IMG/VR virus record: IMGVR_UViG_3300037245_003482 | Coordinates: 1 to 64,000 of that record | DNA length: 64,000 nucleotides | Source: a virus | Reading direction: 5' to 3' (one strand) | In this document: positions 60,515 to 64,000 of the stretch, piece after piece | How positions within the stretch are numbered: position 1 is the first letter of the stretch | Layout: each line of letters starts with the position of its first letter | Position numbers and translations under genes: made by a program | Notes under the pieces: model-generated | What the model was told of the DNA's origin: nothing | Seen by the model: only the letters and a program-made list of their open reading frames with translations | Database searches by the model: none

Positions 60515-61305
60515 TGACTATACCTAATGGAGAATGGGGTTACATGGAAAGAGCACGCGCAGGCATGCCTTTTGGAACAGGCCCCAAAGAGTTTATTAGT
60601 CGCAAAGTAATTGGAACCAGTGCAATCCCATTTGGGCGTGGTGTTTTTGGTTATGAAGGCGATGATCAGTTTGTGGTATTACCCAAAACTGACACAAACA
60701 CATTAACCCTTGATGGCGTACTTGTTACAGCCAATGTGTACACAGTTACTGTGAACGGTACTGATTATGTGGAAACATTTGCAACTGATTCAGCAACCAC
60801 ATTGCTGGCACTTGTGGCACAGCTTAATGCTGTTGTTGGTATTGTAGCTACTCAATCAAGCCTTATTACTACCATTACCACAAAAGGTGTGGCAATTGTT
60901 GTAACTGGTGTTGTAACCCTTGGTGCAGGCCAGGCAACAGCTACTGCAGGAACCCCCGCCATTTCAGGTGACCTTGTTTATTTGGGTGTAGCTACTACAT
61001 TACAAAAGCAAACACAGGCTCCTTCATTTGCAGACGCAAGTTTTGCACCTGGTGCAACTGAAAATGACCCAGGTGAAACAGTTTCTATTATGACCCTTGG
61101 TGGTGTTGTTGTTGAAACAGATGGTGGTACTATATTGGCACAAACACAGCTGAACGTTTTGGACACTGCTGCTGGGGTTGGTAAATTTACTCCTGCTGCA
61201 ACTTCTTCAAACAACCAATTGGTTGGTGGCCATTATTTGGAAGACCCAGCAGAAACAAACCTCTTTGTTGCCCAACTTGATGGCAGCATAACTGCACTTT
61301 CTTAA
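60514..61305 (+). CDS. Capsid decoration/cement protein
   Basis: IPFGRGV motif; between protease and major capsid protein. Confidence 0.75.
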   Translation: MTIPNGEWGYMERARAGMPFGTGPKEFISRKVIGTSAIPFGRGVFGYEGDDQFVVLPKTDTNTLTLDGVLVTANVYTVTVNGTDYVETFATDSATTLLALVAQLNAVVGIVATQSSLITTITTKGVAIVVTGVVTLGAGQATATAGTPAISGDLVYLGVATTLQKQTQAPSFADASFAPGATENDPGETVSIMTLGGVVVETDGGTILAQTQLNVLDTAAGVGKFTPAATSSNNQLVGGHYLEDPAETNLFVAQLDGSITALS

Positions 61306-61318
61306 GGAGAAATGAAAA

Positions 61319-62335
61319 ATGAACGTATTAAATCTTGACGCAAAGCCCTTTTTTCTAAGCAAAGGTGCTAATGTTGCAGATGTTGCAGGTTTCGCAGAAG
61401 GAACCTTTAAGGCAGACGCAGCAGGTACCCTTGTACTTGATGCACAGGGGCAGGTGTTTTTCCAGCGCCAATTGGAACTAATTAAAAGTGAAACTTTTGA
61501 CTTTGAATACCACGAGTTAAAAGCGGACATAATGATTCCAGTGGACACTGAGGGTGACCTTGGGGTTGAAACAATCACATACCGCAGGTTCAGCAAACGT
61601 GGCTATGCAAAAATAATTGCCGATTATGCAACTGATATTCCACGGGTTGATATCCTTGGGGAAGAAGTTACTGTAACTGTGAAAACAGTTGCTGCTGCCT
61701 ATGGGTACAACATTTTTGAAATTGCACGGGCACAACGCGCAGGTGTGGCACTTACTTCACGTAGGGCACAGACTGCAACTGATGCAATCATGGAGCGCCT
61801 TGACCGTGCTGCATGGTATGGTTCGCCTACTGATGGCCTCCAGGGCTTCTTTGATTTCCCAGGTATTTTGGAATATATTATTCCAAATGGTACAGGTGGA
61901 AATCCTGAATTTTCAACAAAAACATCTGCTGAACAACTGGAAGACCTTAATGGTAGTACTCGTTTGGTTAAAACAACCACACGGGGCAAGCGTATTGTGA
62001 ATCAGGTAATAATGCCCATTGAACAGCATGACATTATTTCAACCAAACAAAATAGTGCAGCTTCTGATATTTCAGTATTGCAGTATTTCCTTAACACACA
62101 CCCAGGTGTAAGTGTTGATTGGGTTGAAGAGTGTAAAGGTGCTGGGCCCCTTGGTGAAGACATTATGATGGCTTATGTAAAAAGCCCACGGAACCTGTAT
62201 CAAAATAGACCTGTGCCAATGATGACACTTCCACAGGAATATAAAAACATGGAATACATTGTTACGCAAATTGCGCGTACTGGTGGGCTTTCTATGCCTT
62301 TTCCACAATCAGCTGTGAAATCAGTTGGTATTTAA
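61319..62335 (+). CDS. Major capsid protein (DUF2184-type)
   Basis: FFQRQLE, GYAKII..YATDIPRVD, ARTGG; canonical position. Confidence 0.9.
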   Translation: MNVLNLDAKPFFLSKGANVADVAGFAEGTFKADAAGTLVLDAQGQVFFQRQLELIKSETFDFEYHELKADIMIPVDTEGDLGVETITYRRFSKRGYAKIIADYATDIPRVDILGEEVTVTVKTVAAAYGYNIFEIARAQRAGVALTSRRAQTATDAIMERLDRAAWYGSPTDGLQGFFDFPGILEYIIPNGTGGNPEFSTKTSAEQLEDLNGSTRLVKTTTRGKRIVNQVIMPIEQHDIISTKQNSAASDISVLQYFLNTHPGVSVDWVEECKGAGPLGEDIMMAYVKSPRNLYQNRPVPMMTLPQEYKNMEYIVTQIARTGGLSMPFPQSAVKSVGI

Positions 62336-62358
62336 CCCCATAAAAGGATGGCATTCAA

Positions 62359-63030
62359 ATGGGACAAAAAGTAATAATTGAAAATAAAAAAGCAGGGCAT
62401 GGTCTTATAGGCCTGCCTGCTATTAATGTTAGAGTTGGTACTGCTGGTAAATCAAGGGTGAAAGCTTTTAGTTTATATGCGGGGCACAATGAACTTCCAG
62501 TTGAAGTTTGGGAAGTTGTGCGTACTTTGGCACGTATTCAAAACCTCATTAAAAAAGGGGTGCTTATAGAAGTAAACCTTGATGGAGCACCAAAAGCACC
62601 TACTGCGGATGAAAAAAACAGAATACTCACACTTGATGAGTTTTTTGCTGGAATTGAAGCAGGTGAAAATGGGGTACGACCTGAACATGGGGGGCACTTC
62701 CTGGTAACACTGGATGAAAAAGTTAAACCCAACCAATTACCTACAGGGGGCATTCGATCCTTTCGCATAAAAGCAAGTTCAGAAGATGCTATTATAGTGG
62801 CCTATGGTGAATATGTTATTAAAATGGGTGGAAAACCAACTCCAAAAATTAAGGTGAAAACCCTTGAAAGTATGAATTTGGAAGAAGCTACTGAAATAAT
62901 CAAAGATACATATAACCCTAAAAATTTGAAAAATTGGGAAAAAACACTTAAAGGTGCAGACCTTCGAGTGCTTGTTCTTAATCAAATTGAAAGTATCAAG
63001 AAATATGAAGGGCCTAAATCGGAGATTTAA
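62359..63030 (+). CDS. Hypothetical head-associated protein
   Basis: Follows the capsid gene; L..G.NE..W motif. Confidence 0.55.
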   Translation: MGQKVIIENKKAGHGLIGLPAINVRVGTAGKSRVKAFSLYAGHNELPVEVWEVVRTLARIQNLIKKGVLIEVNLDGAPKAPTADEKNRILTLDEFFAGIEAGENGVRPEHGGHFLVTLDEKVKPNQLPTGGIRSFRIKASSEDAIIVAYGEYVIKMGGKPTPKIKVKTLESMNLEEATEIIKDTYNPKNLKNWEKTLKGADLRVLVLNQIESIKKYEGPKSEI

Positions 63031-63033
63031 TAA

Positions 63034-63723
63034 ATGGCGACTACTGCAGCAGAATACCTTAAACTAATAGCACCACAATTTAATGTGCGTGCCAATTGGT
63101 TCAGCCTCAGCACAGCTTTAATTACAGGTAATGTAATTAGTTGTACTGTTAATGGTCAAACTGCAATAGAAACCTATGCTAGTTCTTCAGATGAAACCCT
63201 TGATGCACTTGTATTAAAAATCACTGCGCTCCCAGTTGTAAGTACTGTGGTGCGTAGTGGTTTGGTTATTACTGTAACCACTGTACGTGATGAAATCTTA
63301 CTAAGCGCTGCGGTAACCCTTGGCGCTTCGCAAGCTGTTATTACAATTGGGCCGATTTCACTCGAGCCTCAAGCCAGTTTTTTAACGTTGGCTACATTGC
63401 AAACACATACCAAATGGTATCAAGTTAAATATGAATATGCTGTGGCATTACGTGCTGCACATCTTTTAACATTAGATGCACAGCAAGCACAACAACTCAA
63501 TCCAGACGGCACTGCCAACCCAAGTATTGGCAATGGGTCTATTACGAACCTGAAACAAGGCGACTTGGCCTTGGCCTTTGGTGCTATTTCTGAAAATACA
63601 CCTGGTGCATCCCGTGCTGCTGTGAAAGCTGATTTAAGCCGCACTATACATGGAGTAACATTATTGGGCCTTAAATACCCTGCAAATTTTACCATGATGT
63701 CAACAGGGAGCATTGGGCTATGA
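63034..63723 (+). CDS. Head-tail adaptor (DUF4054-like) with inserted domain
   Basis: IAPQF, AVALRAAHLLTL, G.I...KQGDLALAF, LSRT.HG. Confidence 0.8.
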   Translation: MATTAAEYLKLIAPQFNVRANWFSLSTALITGNVISCTVNGQTAIETYASSSDETLDALVLKITALPVVSTVVRSGLVITVTTVRDEILLSAAVTLGASQAVITIGPISLEPQASFLTLATLQTHTKWYQVKYEYAVALRAAHLLTLDAQQAQQLNPDGTANPSIGNGSITNLKQGDLALAFGAISENTPGASRAAVKADLSRTIHGVTLLGLKYPANFTMMSTGSIGL

Positions 63724-64000
63724 GTGTTAAAATTATTGACAAAGGCTGGAATAATTTTGTAAAAGGGTTGAAACAATCCAAGCCTATCACTGTTACTATT
63801 GGGCACCATAGTGATTCAGGTAAAACTAAAGATGGGAAAATTGGGCTTGCTGAATTAATGGCAACTTTTGAATTTGGAAGCAAAAAGAATAATTTGCCTG
63901 CACGGCCTGTTTATGCCACTACTTTTTCTGATAACAAACGTACAATAATGAAAACCATTATTCTTATACAGGCAAGGATGGCATCTGGGCAAATACCTTT
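63720..64000 (+). CDS. Neck/tail-completion protein (truncated by window edge)
   Basis: MSVKIIDKGW...ATFEFGS...LPARP motif. Confidence 0.7.
   Translation, partial: MSVKIIDKGWNNFVKGLKQSKPITVTIGHHSDSGKTKDGKIGLAELMATFEFGSKKNNLPARPVYATTFSDNKRTIMKTIILIQARMASGQIP

Noticed and set aside
106-63883. Numerous antisense ORFs in the six-frame track
   Set aside because: They overlap well-supported genes on the opposite strand and lack RBS or motifs (shadow ORFs)
1-64000. CRISPR array, integrase/prophage boundary, alternative genetic code
   Set aside because: No regularly spaced repeats, no integrase or host genes, and core genes are intact under the standard bacterial code

Overview
This window is part of a large, AT-rich dsDNA tailed phage genome (myovirus-type baseplate). 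No host genes, integrase, CRISPR array or reverse transcriptase are visible. Layout: (1) 1-6.8 kb, + strand: baseplate, tail fibre and candidate lysis genes. (2) 6.9-26.3 kb, - strand: replication, recombination and nucleotide metabolism (split SbcC/Rad50, SbcD, RuvC, RecA, SSB, DnaX-like clamp loader, acyl carrier protein, UDG-fused PolA, DnaN-like clamp, MazG, ThyA, HAD phosphatase, two DNA methyltransferases). (3) 26.4-55.5 kb, + strand: two sigma factors, primase, two helicases, TerS and TerL scattered among dozens of small ORFs, an RlmN-like radical SAM enzyme and one tRNA. (4) 56.2-64 kb: head module. The most notable unannotated signals are a set of structured non-coding RNAs (about 550 nt, about 185 nt, a permuted tRNA-like RNA, an anti-SD-loop hairpin and two pseudoknotted leaders), two clear promoter classes plus a weak third suggesting a two-sigma cascade, a shared terminal LF motif that may bind the phage clamp, and a split Rad50 with a Walker-B E-to-Q change. 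All family calls come from motif recognition by eye; no database searches or folding programs were run.
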